Shown here: in pieces, positions 31,183 through 45,573 of the stretch | Numbering within the stretch: position 1 is the stretch's first letter | Layout: every line of letters begins with the position of its first letter | From: Antedon mediterranea | Taxonomy: Eukaryota; Animalia; Echinodermata | Direction of reading: 5' to 3' | Assembly (NCBI RefSeq): GCF_964355755.1 | Contig: NC_092674.1 | Span: forward strand, 30,504,001-30,568,000 | Length of the DNA stretch: 64,000 nucleotides | The notes under the pieces: generated by a model | What the model was told of the DNA's origin: nothing | What the model saw: the letters and a program-made list of their open reading frames with translations, nothing else | Databases searched by the model: none | Translations under genes and position numbers: made by a program

Positions 31183-34100
31183 TTATTTTCCATACATCCA
31201 AGCTTCCAGGCAATCAGAACCACTTACAACTGCATGGCCTGTGAAATAAAAAGAAATCAAATATTAAAGATTGATTATATATTAGGCCTATCTTTTGTTC
31301 CAAGTTTTATTTTTAATCGGATATACTAAAATTCTACATTCTACAAAAAAGAAAGAATTTTTGACCAAAAAAGGCCTCCTTGGACGTGACCAAAATCAAA
31401 ATCTAGTCTTTTTATTTGTTTAAAAGTTGCTAAGAGTTATGAAACGCCGCGCGCATAGGCAAACCTATAGCCTTTTTAATGAACAATGTCTCATACTTAC
31501 TGTTGCATGTTGTTCCTCTAAAACAGTACTTGCAACTACATAGATAAGTAGAACCAAGCCTACTACATGTACCACCATTCTTACATGGATTGGGATGACA
31601 GGGACCTAAATCAAACATTAATGTTATTTAAAAGTATTTTAAAATACTGTATCACACATTCATTCACTAGCTTAAAGTATATTAGCTGATTAGTCAGAGT
31701 ATACATGTTATACATAGAATCCGAATGACGCCGAATGAACGAACGAACGAACGAGTAAAATAAGATAATTCAACGTAACGACATCAGTTTATTTTGATAC
31801 GCCATGTGTGCCAAATTGTTTATCCTTTTACGATAATTTGATCGAATTCCCCCCCCCCCCCCGACAAATTTTACTGATTATACTGACGGATTTTATATAA
31901 TAAATACAAATTACCTGGAGCTGGTCCCTCTGCGCCTGTGAATAAGAAATAAAATGAATTATTTAGTAATATAAAGTACTGTATGACACTATCGGAACTA
32001 AGTGTTGAGAAACCTTCTAAGCAAATTATTTAGTCCAAATGGCGGCAAAACACTAAAATAGATTCAAACAGTGACTTTTAATCTATAAAATATACTACAA
32101 GACCACTTGAAATTCAAATACATTTTATAGTAGCATTTACCCTTTGGTCCTCGTGATCCCTGTGATCCTTTAGGTCCTCGGGCTCCTTCTGATCCCTTTG
32201 ATCCTGGTGGTCCTTGTGCTCCTCTAGCTCCCCCTGATCCCCTTGGTCCTGGTGGTCCTTGTGGCCCTTGTTCCCCTCGAGTTCCTCCTGAACCCTTTGG
32301 TCCTGGTGGTCCTTGTGCTCCCAGAGCGCCTTCTGATCCTCTTGGTCCTGGTTGTCCGGTTGGTCCTTGTGCTCCGCGAGCTCCTTCTTCCCCCTTTGAT
32401 CCTTGAGCTCCTCCTGAACCCTTTGGACCTGGTGTTCCTTGTGCTCCGCGAGCTCCGCCTGTCCCATTTGGTCCTGGTGATCCTTGTGCCCCTCGTGCTC
32501 CTTTTAATCCTCTTGGTCCTAGTGGTCCTTGTAGTCCCATTGTTCCTGTTGATCCATTGGACCCTGGTTGTCCCGGTTGCCCATTGTCTCCGGCAGTTCC
32601 TAATAAATTGTACCAATTATGTCAATAAAAAAATCAGGCTTAGAATTAAGCCTAACGCAATGCCTAATTGACTGATTTTGAAGCACTGAGTTTCAGTGGT
32701 TCGTCGTCTGATACAATTTGGCGCCAGAATTAAGAATTTAAAAAACGTGTTTGCATAATTGCAATAACAGGACCATAATATGTAAAACAGGTGCAATATC
32801 TATATGTTTTTATCCTGTCTAAATATGTTTTAAATAAAATAAAATAGAAAAATAAATAACTGTCGTCGTATGGAACGCCAAGCAATAACATATGCCAACG
32901 CATTAGGATTAAGCACATTTTAATTAATAGCCCTATGCCATAATAAAAAAGTATGGATTATAATCCTATTACAAAATAAATAAATCGTTCAAGTACTATA
33001 GTATAATCTTATAAAAACAACAGAGTAAGAGTAATCACTTACCTTGGTCCCCTTTCGGGCCCTTTAGACCTATAGCGAAAATAGATAATGTAAATTTTTT
33101 TTTTATTAAACCTTATTTAGTGAGGATGACCCTCAACAGGACGTTATGCTGACAATCAAAGGGCCATCATAAAAACATAAAAAACATATATGGAATAAGA
33201 AAAACGGATAAACTATGTTTAAACAAAAATATATACATAAATACAAAAATATAGGTTACAATACTATAATAATAATAATAATTATAATAATAACAGGATT
33301 TGTATAGCGCACATACCACTCAAGAGTGCTCAAGGCGCATTAAAAAAATAAAAACAAATCATACAAATTCCTGACAAATAAAATGCAATTTCTTTGGAGG
33401 GTCCCCATCCGTTCTCGTTCTGTCGCGGTCCCGGACCCCTACCTAGGTGACCAAACAAAGGTTTTTATACAAAACGTTGAGGTTTTTCTTTTGGAATTAA
33501 ATATGTTTTTAGAGCAGACTTAAAATTGTTTATTGTTACCGCATTTATAAGTTTGGTGGGTATATTCAGGTATGTTGGTGCTCTATAGATAAAGCTGTTC
33601 TTAAAATTTTCGGTTTTAGGGAAAGGTACGACAAATGTCCTCTCATTGACACTTACTTCGGTGAATGAATTAATTAATTCGGTTATTAATTGATTATTGA
33701 ACATATCCTAAATGTTTTTTCTGAAATGTGATTATAAATTTTCTTGTCTGTTTCTTTTCTGTACTTCTTACTCACCACGTTTGCCCCTTTTCCCTGGCTT
33801 CCCTACACCAACTTCGCCTTTAATTCCAGGAGAACCAAACAATCCAGTCTCACCTTTATTACCCATATTACCTTTTAAATAAATGTTAAAAAATTATTGT
33901 CTTTGTAGTGTAATAAAATAAAATCTACAAATATTAATAAAGAATGTAATATATTATTTATCAATATTTGTAGAACATTTTATATATCAAAAATATATGT
34001 TGACCAATTTAATTCATTTGTTTGCTTAATCTAGATGTGTTGACTACTAAGTAATGTAAACAAACAATATGTTGAAGTCATGCTAATTTATTACGCATAT

Positions 34101-36164
34101 CTACCTACCCTTTTCTCCTTTACTGCCCATCGCACCATGTTGTCCGGGAATACCAGGTACACCTGAAATGTTTAAACGTTATTATTGTTACTATATTGTA
34201 TGACGTCATGACATCAACATGGGCAGACATCTCGGTCCTAACGGGAAACAGATAGCCTACAGTTATTCCTGTCAGCTTACTCATATCAACTATCGGGATT
34301 TCACTCGATTTTAAACAAAATGTCTTATCAAATCTCCCTATGTAATTTTATAATACTATTTCCCACAATATATTCCGATTCTTTATGGCGTATATTTAAT
34401 TTGATCTTTATTAATTTGCAGTATAATTTTTATTTTTTAACTACTGTACCTTCACACACGCGCTGTCCGTTCCTAAAATAAACAAAAAACTGAAATGGCT
34501 ATGCAATTTAAGTTCCAGTCCTACTATCGGTTTTTTTCTTCCTTCTTCCAAAGGGACACTGTATTGATTGATGGAAAGTGCCTGTTTCCAGTTACCTTTA
34601 GGGTCAAATCTATTATTTTAACTGCTCCCTTGTGTATAAAAGAGAGAAAATAGTTGAAACCAGGTTGTTGCAAGATGAACCCGGAAATTACTTTGACCCG
34701 GGAAGAATTGAAATTGAGTTGAAAATCTACTGTTGAAATCATAAATTGTGTTAAAAAACTCATTATAATATCTTCCTAAGATAGAAATATGGAAAAATAG
34801 CGTCGATGTGAAAATTAATGTTATCAAATCTACGTTTCGCGGTACATCTGAGATAGATAAGGTAGGTGGTATCCAATGCGGAGATTTGTACCGAAGTTTT
34901 TGCATTGTGCTCGCCTATGTCAGAATTAACCATAATTTATATATATAGATACAATTCCCGTTATCAAATCGCACACATTTTCAAATTAATTACGTTTTCA
35001 CATATCAGTGCCCCACCAGACTGTCGAGTCGGAAAGTCATTCTAAAACACATGAGCATGTATATGCATCACTACGTAATTCAACCAGCACCAGTACGATT
35101 TCATCGTCATAAATCAAATTGTATCAGCACCTCATTACTTAAATATTTCACCTTGACCACATTCGTAACATTTGATTTAGTTGTGGTTTTTAGTGGCGTG
35201 CAAAGGCGACTCTATAGCTCACAATGTCGGTCGGTCGGTTGGTTGGTCGGTCGGTAAACACTAACTCAAAATTGAGACTGCAGCAATGTATATGGCCTTG
35301 TTTATCAGAGATCCGCACATTATATTATTTCTATACTTTACCCCAAATAATCCTTTTCCTCACATGGAGCTGCCGGGACTGGGCCGGCTGTTACCCTTCT
35401 GGCCTTTTGGGCCTGGTGGTCCTGTAGGGCCTGAAACAAATAATTATAGATATAGAAAATGTACAGAAATAGTTGATCATACCTCCTCCACCCAGATACT
35501 TATGATAATTGGCTCAATTTGAAATACCCAAAATACACATAAATGAATATTATACATATACTACGTTAATTTCGTCGTCAAACGATTATTCATTATTCTC
35601 GCATTTCCTTTATACTTACATGCTACGCAATTTTCATTGTCGGTGTTACGTTTCACGATGTGCTGTTGAGTCTAAAAGGAAATACATTTGTTTGTTTTGT
35701 TTTACGTTTAAAGTATAGTATACTGTTTTATATATAGCTCAATGTTTGTATGACACAAAGCGGTAGAATGCAATCAAATTTGTATCTCTTTTTGATTATG
35801 ATTTCCTTACAGTGTTGGTATTTTACAGAAAGGTATATATGAAGATATCAATTGACGCGCGCGTACAAAGTCCGTACCATAGTATCAAGATTTTAACGCA
35901 CGCGTCAAGCGTTGTCGCCTCGTTTGTTGCGTTACAGCAACGATACAAATAAGATGGAATGATACTCACCAGGTTATTACTTATTTTCTCTTCATACACA
36001 TGAACTTTTGATTTCATTTCGAGAAACAAGTATCCTTGGTTGAAGAGAATCAAGGTCACAACAATAGAAATTATGACGTTGAACAATAGCTGTCCACGTG
36101 ACGACGACGAAACATTACGATTGGTTGTTTCACCAAGAATTCCGTACTCTTTCTCTGTTGACAT
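31183..36164 (-). pseudogene. TM-collagen-EGF gene copy A2, with a 4-bp frameshifting insertion in coding exon 3
   Basis: Same 10 exons as A1, but exon 3 (35430-35364) is 67 nt (extra CGGC at about 35385-35388) and its last base is G>T. Normal splicing would hit TAA in exon 4. Confidence 0.75.
34217..34949 (-). mobile_element. About 730-bp insertion, probably the 5' portion of a second Helitron family; copy at 53998-54730
   Basis: Absent from A1 (about 5978-6025). The minus-strand start is A|TCTATATATATAAATT. The other end lacks CTAG and coincides with loss of about 45 bp of flank. Confidence 0.55.
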
Positions 36165-38165
36165 CTTACTTTAAGAAAATATCAACATGTTCACAGTTTA
36201 ATCACAATTTAATGATGTATTATCCCCAAAAAACATGAAAAATTAACATTAATAAATCATATTTTGAATAGGCAAATTTTGCAGTTTTAATAAATTTATT
36301 TATTTCCGTAGAAATAAAAAGCACAAATGATTTCACTTATAAAAAGATATAGTAAACGACAAATATATCTAAAACCCCAGATAGACAATTTTGCCATTTC
36401 ATGCCTTAGCCTATATAAGTGAATAACCATTACCTTATGTGAAATATGTTTCAGGGACAATTAACTCTTAATTTTAACGGAAAACTGCAATAGAAGACGA
36501 TTTCTGCTTTACCTTATCGTTTTGATTTAACTTTGTGCGTGTTTTATTTGTATCTTCATTGATATCCAGCAGCCGCTTTCAGTAATTTAATATTCCTTTT
36601 GGATTGATATTCTCTAACTAAGTTAGGCCTAAGCCTAACTTACCTTGTTATTTGCCAACCAATTACCATGTAGTAGTACCAAGATTCCTGATACACGGTA
36701 CGGTATATCAATATTGACGGAAACGAAGATTCAGCAGCCGCTTTCAGTAATTTAATTATCCTTTTGGATAGATATTCTCTAACTATGGAGGCCTAACTTA
36801 CCTTGTTATTTTTTAAATAGTCTAGTACACCAGTATCTTCTCATCTATCTATTATAGCAAGATTTCTGATACACGGTACTTTATACCAATATTAACGGAA
36901 ACGAAAAGAATATATCAAAACCACTAAATGAGGAAAACATCCTATGATACTGGTACTCTTCCAGGAATTGTTAAGGAAACCTACTATGAAAGTACAGAAC
37001 CTATCATTGTCTTTTTTGGTATACTCAACTTGACTACCTGTCAGTCAGAGTTTGTGAATCTTTAGTCGACATAAATTAATTTGTAAATATATTCATTAAG
37101 TCTGGAATTTTTATTTTAGTGCCTGACGTATTTCTCCCATGTACAGCTTCATGCTTCTGTTTAACTCTCCTTTTATCATGTAGTGACAGCCATTTTCCTT
37201 CATGCTTTTTTCCTCCTTAGTACGATGTATTATGACATGTTTCTCATTCGTGCTGGTATAAAATATAAAGTTTTTTTAAACAAAATAATTACAGCACAAA
37301 ATTGAACAAAATTAAATTTTCTCCTGAATAGTGTGTCCGGTAGTAAAAATATGTTCTCCTGACGACGAAGACACGTGAAACATGTCAACAATTCAAGGTT
37401 TGTCGAATTTTGTGCTATAGGTTTGTTTTAAAAACACTGCATGTTTCCCATTGTTCGGACGCTTAAAGCAAATTTAATGTATAGCAACCTATAGTTTATA
37501 CACGACACAAGTAATTTGTTTAAAGTACTACTTTTAAAGAAGGATGTGATTTGTATATATGTGGGTTCGGAGTAATAGAAACGTTAAGATGACCACCAGT
37601 ACATTGTTTGTAGGTTCGGAGAAATAGAAACGTTAAAATGACCAGTAAATAATTGTTTGTGGGTAAATTTCGGAGTAATAGAAACAAGTAATGACGTATA
37701 GTATTCGCTAGTAATTTGACCAACGATTTTGAGTCTGAACTGAATCGAACGGCAAACAATTTTAGAACTTCTGAACCCCAGGAAAGTGTACCGACTCTTT
37801 GTGAATTGCTTTGTTTAAAGCCACTCACTTAAATTAAACCTGACGTTAAAATTTGAAATATATAAGACAACATAGACAATTTAATGTTTTATTTAGATTA
37901 TATGACATTCGGTAATGTTAAGGGACCTTATAAATCATACACATTCTTGGTAAACAACTTTTTCATGAACTGATTTATAGGCCATGTCAGTATTTTTAAT
38001 GTTTCGTTACATTAATGTGTATTTCTATTGGTGGTTCAAAAGAAAACACCTACCACAGGTTACCATAAAAGGGAAAACTTGTTTAAAAATATCACAATTG
38101 GAACATTGGTTCTCTTATCAAGATCACATAAGTCTGAATATTGGAAATCAGTTTCTTTAATCACT

Positions 38166-41100
38166 ATGCAGCTTAAGTAAGTATCTTGTTAATGTTAATA
38201 CTTGGTGTATTCATTATGTAGAATAAGTTCTGAAGTACAGTTTGATCTGTTACACATGAATTAATGATTGTACAGTTATATATACTAGTCTAGTGTAAAA
38301 AATGGGATTGGATCCAATATTAATTCGTCAAATAACATTCTTATTTGATTATTATTATTATTATTATTAGTGTTATTATTATTATTATTATTAATAGTAG
38401 TGTTATTGTTATTATTATTATTATTATTATTATTGTTAGTGTTATTATTATTATTATTATACGCTCGCTTCGCTCGCGTACCATCTAGGTCGTGCCCACA
38501 GAAGGTTCTCGAATACACAGTAATTTCAGCGTTAAAAAACTGGCGATTTCAAATGTACAATAATGCAGGACAATAATATATGTCGTTTACAGGAACGATT
38601 AAAGCCCCATTCCCTATGTTTTTTAGATTTAATTTAAGATCACAAACTATATTTAAAAATAATACTATATGGTCCTATTGCGATAACTTTTTTCGTCTTT
38701 AAACGGTTAAAAATGTGAAAAATAAGTCGATTCTAATAATTATAGCGGCCCGCTATAAATCCCAAAATGCATTGCGCGCGGATAGATATTTTTGTTTTTC
38801 ACCTGTAATTCGCCCACTTTTCGATCGATCGTGAGGCCAAAACAAATGGAAGACTCCTTAACTTTTCAGCGAAAATACCGGGTTTTCCCCAATTTGTATC
38901 AACGGAGTCTGGCAAAAATAGAAAGACAATTAATGCAGCAACTATACAACGTCAGGCTAGGTATATAGCTAGCGTACGATGTTCGTACGTTACCGATGTT
39001 TACCAGCTAGGCCTACAAAACTAAGCCTAGCTAGGCTAGGCCTAAGACCGTCCACGAGAGGTCGATCGCCGCGAGCTACTTAGGTAGTGCATTGTTTTTC
39101 ACTTTTTATCATAATTTACCATAAAACGTACATTTAAGACAAGGAATGACATGGTTTAATGTTTTTAAAGTGATATATATGTATTATTTTCCAAAAAACG
39201 TCCACAATTGCAGGGAAGGGGTCTTTAAATAGACACTGTGATTGATGTACTCAACTAAAATTAGCACACTGGGAATTACTTCCGAAAGAGAAAGTTGTCA
39301 CAAAATGAGACCAATTCAAATTTAAACAAACTTAATTTGTGTTTTGTATGTAACATTATGGTTGAGAGATGGGGAAGAGGATGGGTGCAAAGAGGAACAA
39401 TTTTTAAATATATTCTTTATTTTGTAACGAAATATTAATTAACATGTTTTACAAATAATATACCACTAAACACAGTAAAACATTGCGATGTATACTTTGT
39501 TGAAACTATCACCGTCGTAGTCGATTGAAATAGTACAGTACATGTAACGATACACTACGACGTATGTTTATATATAATGTTAAACAATTTGTGAAAACCA
39601 CCTCTATTCGGGGCAAATCATAAATTCGATTTAATCGGTAATAAATATTAAATTACGGCGACTGAAAACGCTAGCTCATTATCCGTTTAAAAAAAATTAT
39701 ATCCAACCTCTGCAGCACAGATTGAAAAAAAAAATGGATCGAATTTCTGTTATGAGTATACAGTACTTTCCTTTACGACGCCTGAGGGAATAGACATTTG
39801 TGGAACGACACAGAGATTGGAATGTTCCATTCATCGCAAATCAATACATTTGTATAAACGTATATTAAATCTATCAAAATAGTATTTTTTTAAGAAAATC
39901 GGCCTGTCTTCAACATTATGATACTATACTCCAGCTGTTCAACCGGTTTTCAGCTATTAAAAACAATTATCGTAGGAGGAGATAGGAAAATGCGAAGCCT
40001 CCTCGCATTTTTGTGGCGGGTATTTTTCAAGATGGACATCCATTAGACAGTGTATACCACGATCGGAAAACACCCCTATCTGGGGCAAATCGTTGAACCT
40101 AAATTCGTTTTAATCGTCCATAACTAATTATCTAACTTAATTTAATTAGTAAACAGGGTTACATCAGGCGGTTAAAATCAGTACCGAAAGTACGAACCAA
40201 CTTTACATACCATCGAGTAAAAATTCTAAAAGTAAGGCGCGATTTACCGAATTTTGCCCTTACGTAAATTTATATATAGATTACTAGATGGTACGCGAGC
40301 GAAGCGAGCGTACCATCTAGGTCGTGCCCACAGATGGTTCTCGAATACACAGTAATTTCAGCGTCACAAAACTGGCGATTTCAAATGTACGTACCGCAGA
40401 CACGATGATTTATGTAGTCAACTAAAATTACCACTCTGGGAATTACTTCCGAAGGAGAAAATTATCACAAAATGAGTCCAAATTTTTGATTTGGACTCAT
40501 TTAAAGAAACCCAATTTGTGTTTTGTATGGGTTTTTTTATATTAGGGTTGAGGGATGGGAAAGCGGATAGGTACAAAGAGGAACAATTTTTAAATATATT
40601 CTTTATCCACTCAGTAACGAAATATTTTTTTCGTGTTTTATAGGCCTATAAATAATATACCTCTAAATACAGTAAAACATTTGCGATTTAATCCCGGATT
40701 TAATACTTTGTTAAAACTGTCACTGTCATAATCGATTGAAATATTAAAGTACATGTCACGATACACCACTACGACGTTTATTTTATTGGTAATTATTAAT
40801 TAATACAAACGTTGAGAAGGAACTGTCAGTATAAAGTTTATTTGTATATAATAATGTGTTTATATATCTAACAGTAGATCCTATCCACAATCTCAGTAAT
40901 AAAGTTTATCTGTATATATTTTTATATTACATCTAACAGTACGAACATTCACAGTAAGAAATGTTCGATTCAAATGAGGACTAAAAATAGTTAATAGGTA
41001 TTTACAGTATTGTCAAAGTATTGCAAGTTTATTCTCAAAGGGCCCATATATTTACCTACCGTATGTGTTAAACCAAGGGCTCATAAATTTACCTACTTGT

Positions 41101-43574
41101 GTTAAACCAAACTCTGGCAGACTGAGAGATTGGGATGTTCCATTCATCGCAAATCAATACATTTGTATAATCATATATTAAATCTATCAACATAGTATTT
41201 TTTAAAGAAAATCGGCCTGTCTTCAACATTATGATGGTGTACTCTAGCTGTTCAACCGGTTTTCAGCTATTAAAAACAATTATCGTAGGAGGAGATAGGA
41301 AAATGCGAAGCCTCCTCGCATTTTTGTGGCGGGTATTTTTCAAGATGGACATCCATTAGACAGTGTATACCACGATCGGAAAACACCCCTATTTGAGGCA
41401 AATCGTTGAACCTAAATTCGTTTTAATCGTCAATAACTAATTATCTAACTTAATTTAATTAGTAAACAGGGTTACATCAGGTGGTTAAAATCAGTACCGA
41501 AAGTACGAACCAACTTTATATACCATCGAGTAAAAATTCTAGAAGTAAGGCGTGATTTACCGAATTTTGCCCTTACGTAAATTTATATATAGACTAGATG
41601 GTACGCTCGCTTCGCTCGCGTACCATCTAGGTCGTGCCCACAGATGGTTCTCGAATACACAGTAATTTCAGGGTAAAAAATCTGGCGATTTCAAATGCAC
41701 GTACCGCAGGACTTAACTATAATACATTGTCGTTTACAGAAACGAATAAGTAGACACAATGATTTATGTAGTCAACCAAAATTAGCACCCTGGGAATTAC
41801 TTCCGAAAGAGAAATTTACCACAAAATGAGTCCAAATTGTTTATTCATTTAAAGAAACCCAATTAGGGTTGAGGGATGGGAAAGAGGATAGGTACAAAGA
41901 GGAACAATTTTTAAATATATTCTTTATCCACGTCAGTAACGAAATATTGTTTTCATTTTTTATAGGCCTATAAATAATATACCACTAACGGTGACTAAAT
42001 ATAGTAAAACATTTGCGATTTAATACTTTGTTAAAACTGTCACTGTCATAATCGATTGAAATAGTAAAGTACATGTAACGATACACCACTACGACGTTTA
42101 TATTTTTGTAATTATTAATTAATGCAAACATTGAGAAGCAACTGTCAGTAATAAAGTTTATTTGTATATTACGTGTTTATATATCTAACAGTAGAGCCTA
42201 CCCATAATCACAGTAATAAAGTTTATTTGTATATATTTTTTTTACATCTAACAGTATTCACAGTAAGAAATGTTTGTATATATTTTTTTACATCTATTCA
42301 CAGTAAGAAATGTTCGATTCAAATGACGACCAAAAATGGTTAATAGGACGTGTTTGCAGTACTGTATTGTCAAAGTATTGCAAGTTTATTCTCCAAGGGC
42401 TCATAAATTTACCTACTTGTGTTAAACCAAACTGGCAGACTGAGAGATTGGAATGTTCCATTCATCGCAAATCAATACATTTGTAAAAACGTAAATTAAA
42501 TCTATCAAAATAGTATTTTTTAAAGAAAATCGGCCTGTCTTCAACATTATGATGCTGTACCCGAGCAGTTCAACCGGTTTTCAGCTATTTAACACAATTA
42601 TCGTAGGAGGAGATAGGAAAATGCGAAGCGTCCTCGTATTATTGTGTGCGGGTATTTTTCAAGTTGGACATCCATTAGACAGTGTATACCACGATCGGAA
42701 AACACCCCTATTTGGGGCAAATCGTTGAACCTAAATTCGTTTTAATCGTCAATAACTAATTATCTAACTCAATTTAATTAGTAAACAGGGTTACATCAGG
42801 TGGTTAAAATCAGTACCGAAAGTACGAACCAACTTTGTATACCATCGAGTAAAAATTCTAGAAGTAAGGCGCGATTTACTGAATTTTGCCCTTACGTAAA
42901 TTTATATATAGATTACTATGTTAAACGTAAAATCTCGTTTATGTTAATACTATAGTTTTAGAATGAACACTTTTCTATTCGTTTTCTGTTTAAAAAAAAG
43001 ATATATTTATCGTATATTTTTCAATCAAACATGTTTTTACTTCGACAGAGTTGTGAGCTTGTTAGTGGGCATATTATTTGCTGTCACACAAATGAAGTAT
43101 GGCGTGGAATCAAAAACTGTTTGTCCAACCTTTTGGGTTCCATTCCAAGAAAGCTGTTATCGTATCTTTGGAAACTTGTTGAACTGGAGTGACGCAGAGG
43201 AAAGTTGTAACAAGTACTTCAATGAGTTCGAAATGGGTCACATGGTTTCTATCAGAAGCTCTGTTGAAAATCGGTTTGTCGCAGACCTCTGGGAATCGGC
43301 TACTAATGGGCGGACCACTACGCCTGTCCAAGGAGGTGTACCGGTTAACTACTGGATTGGCTTGAGCAACAAAGACAATGTATCTCGTTGGGTATGGAGT
43401 GATACCAGCGAAGAAGCGGTGTATACAGAATGGGCCCCATCTGAACCAAATTACTTGCAAGTGGATCACTGCGCCCATACTTGGCCAAAAAATGGAAATA
43501 GCCTAACTTGGAACAACTGGCGCTGTGACAAATTGTTGTTCTTTGTGTGTGAGCTGCCCCAAAGCCGACATTAG
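38166..43574 (+). CDS. Secreted C-type lectin, copy 2 (exons 38166-38176 and 43049-43574)
   Basis: Identical translation to copy 1. Confidence 0.85.
38460..42912 (-). mobile_element. Three-Helitron array with nested MITE, copy 2
   Basis: Same as 9520-13972 at offset 28,940. Confidence 0.72.
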
Positions 43575-43657
43575 ATAAATTGTATGCAATTCGACATTGC
43601 GTTTTTAGTTCTCCCTTGTTTGCTTCTTAAATTGTACATAGTTTTTACACATTTTAT

Positions 43658-44512
43658 CTCGACGCGCCACCTAAAAACTCTCAATCCCAGTATAGCTTAT
43701 GGCTCGACGCGTCACCTAAAAACTCTCAATCCCAGTATAGCTTTTGGCTCGACGCGCCACCTAAAAACTCTCAATCCCAGTATAGCTTATGGCTCGACGC
43801 GTCACCTAAAAACTCTCAATCCCAGTATAGCTTTTGGGTCGACGCGCCACCTAAACACTCTCAATCCCAGTATAGCTTTTGGCTCGACGCGCCACCTAAA
43901 CACTCTCAATCCCAGTATAGCTTATGGCTCGACGCGCCACCTAAACACTCTCAATCCCAGTATAGCTTATGGCTCGCGACGCGTCACCTAAAAACTCTCA
44001 ATCCCAGTATAGCTTTTGGCTCGACGCGCCACCTAAACACTCAATTCCAGTATAGCTTATGGCTCGACGCGTCACCTAAACACTCAATCCTAGTATAGCT
44101 TATGGCTCGACGCGTCACCTAAACACTCAATCCCGGTATAGCTTTTGGCTCGACGCGTCACCTAAACACTCAATCCCAGTATAGCTTATGACTCGACGCG
44201 TCACCTAAACACTCAATCCCAGTATAGCTTATGGCTCGACGCGTCACCTAAACACTCAATCCCGGTATAGCTTATGGCTCGACGCGTCACCTAAACACTC
44301 AATCCCGGTATAGCTTATGGCTCGACGCGTCACCTAAACACTCAATCCCGGTATAGCTTATGGCTCGACGCGTCACCTAAACACTCAATCCCAGTATAGC
44401 TTATGGCTCGACGCGTCACTTAAACACTCAATCCCAGTATAGCTTATGGCTCGACGCGTCACCTAAACACTCAATCCCAGTATAGCTTATGGCTTGACGC
44501 GCCACCTAAACA
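43658..44512. repeat. 45/43-bp minisatellite, copy 2
   Basis: Same array length and unit order as 14718-15572. Confidence 0.95.
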
Positions 44513-45573
44513 GTAATAATAACAATAATAATAACAGTTAATATGAAATTCATTCATATCTTTGGAAGGAGATGATTTTATTTAACTTTAGTTATCATTT
44601 AATTGTATGTGAATTGATTATACATCTCTGTTGAAATAAAGTGTCTTCAAATGACATGGCGTTTCCATTATGTTGTTGTTTATTAGTATTACGGTTATCT
44701 TTCGTAAAGCTTCGTTCCCACTAGGACGCAACGCAAGAACGTACGTAAGCGCAACGTAATATGACCAATCACATGCGATGGATTATACGATAAACTGTCG
44801 CTTATTGGTCAATTTGCGTGAGTTACGCTTACGTCCTTGCGAATTGCATCACATTGGAAACCAAGCTTTATGTCATGCGTGTCTAAAGCTAGTTGAAACC
44901 AAGCTGTTGTGTTTTTTCAAGTGTGTTTAATATTAAAATAAAATTAAGCTTTTTATATTAATTTCTGACCCGTGTTATATTTCGATCATGAAGTTTCAAC
45001 CTATTTTTCTATCTATCCATCGTCAGATTTGTTTGCAAGTACCGCAGTAATATACTATAGATCTAAAAAGCACACAAGACACAATCAAATGTTGCTATAC
45101 AATTTATTTTTTGGCGTCTGTCGGAATTGTTAGTGACTTTATTAGTTGTGTTAATCTTTGCTGATTTTAGCCGCCTTTTATGTATTTTGGTCTTCTTAAA
45201 CAATTTATTCTTTAAATAAACTAACATTTTATTAACAAAAAGAGGAATAAGTTACAGCTATATGTAAACATTTTATGAAACTGTAATAGAGAAAGGGAAT
45301 TATCACTGGCTACACAAATATATACAATATTATATTTTGTATTTGCTAATGTGTACACTACCAAACTTGATGTGACAAAAAAATGCGATGACGTCATATC
45401 ACAACCATTTGGGCACACACTTTTTTTGTCAAACTAGTTTGATAATGTAGACAGAGCTTAATACAAAAATCAAAGGTTAAGATAAATCATACAAATTTGT
45501 ATATCAATTCTTCCAGCTATAGAAAGTTTAATTAATAAATGCAGTGGAATATAATTCTTTAATATGGATTTGT

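Larger units (their letters stand above)
6900..35839. repeat. Tandem segmental duplication unit 1 (about 19.78 kb plus a 9,159-bp LTR-element insertion)
   Basis: Constant offsets to the next copy: 28,939-28,940 before the LTR element and 19,781 after it. The left boundary is approximate; divergence rises left of about 6865. Confidence 0.9.
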
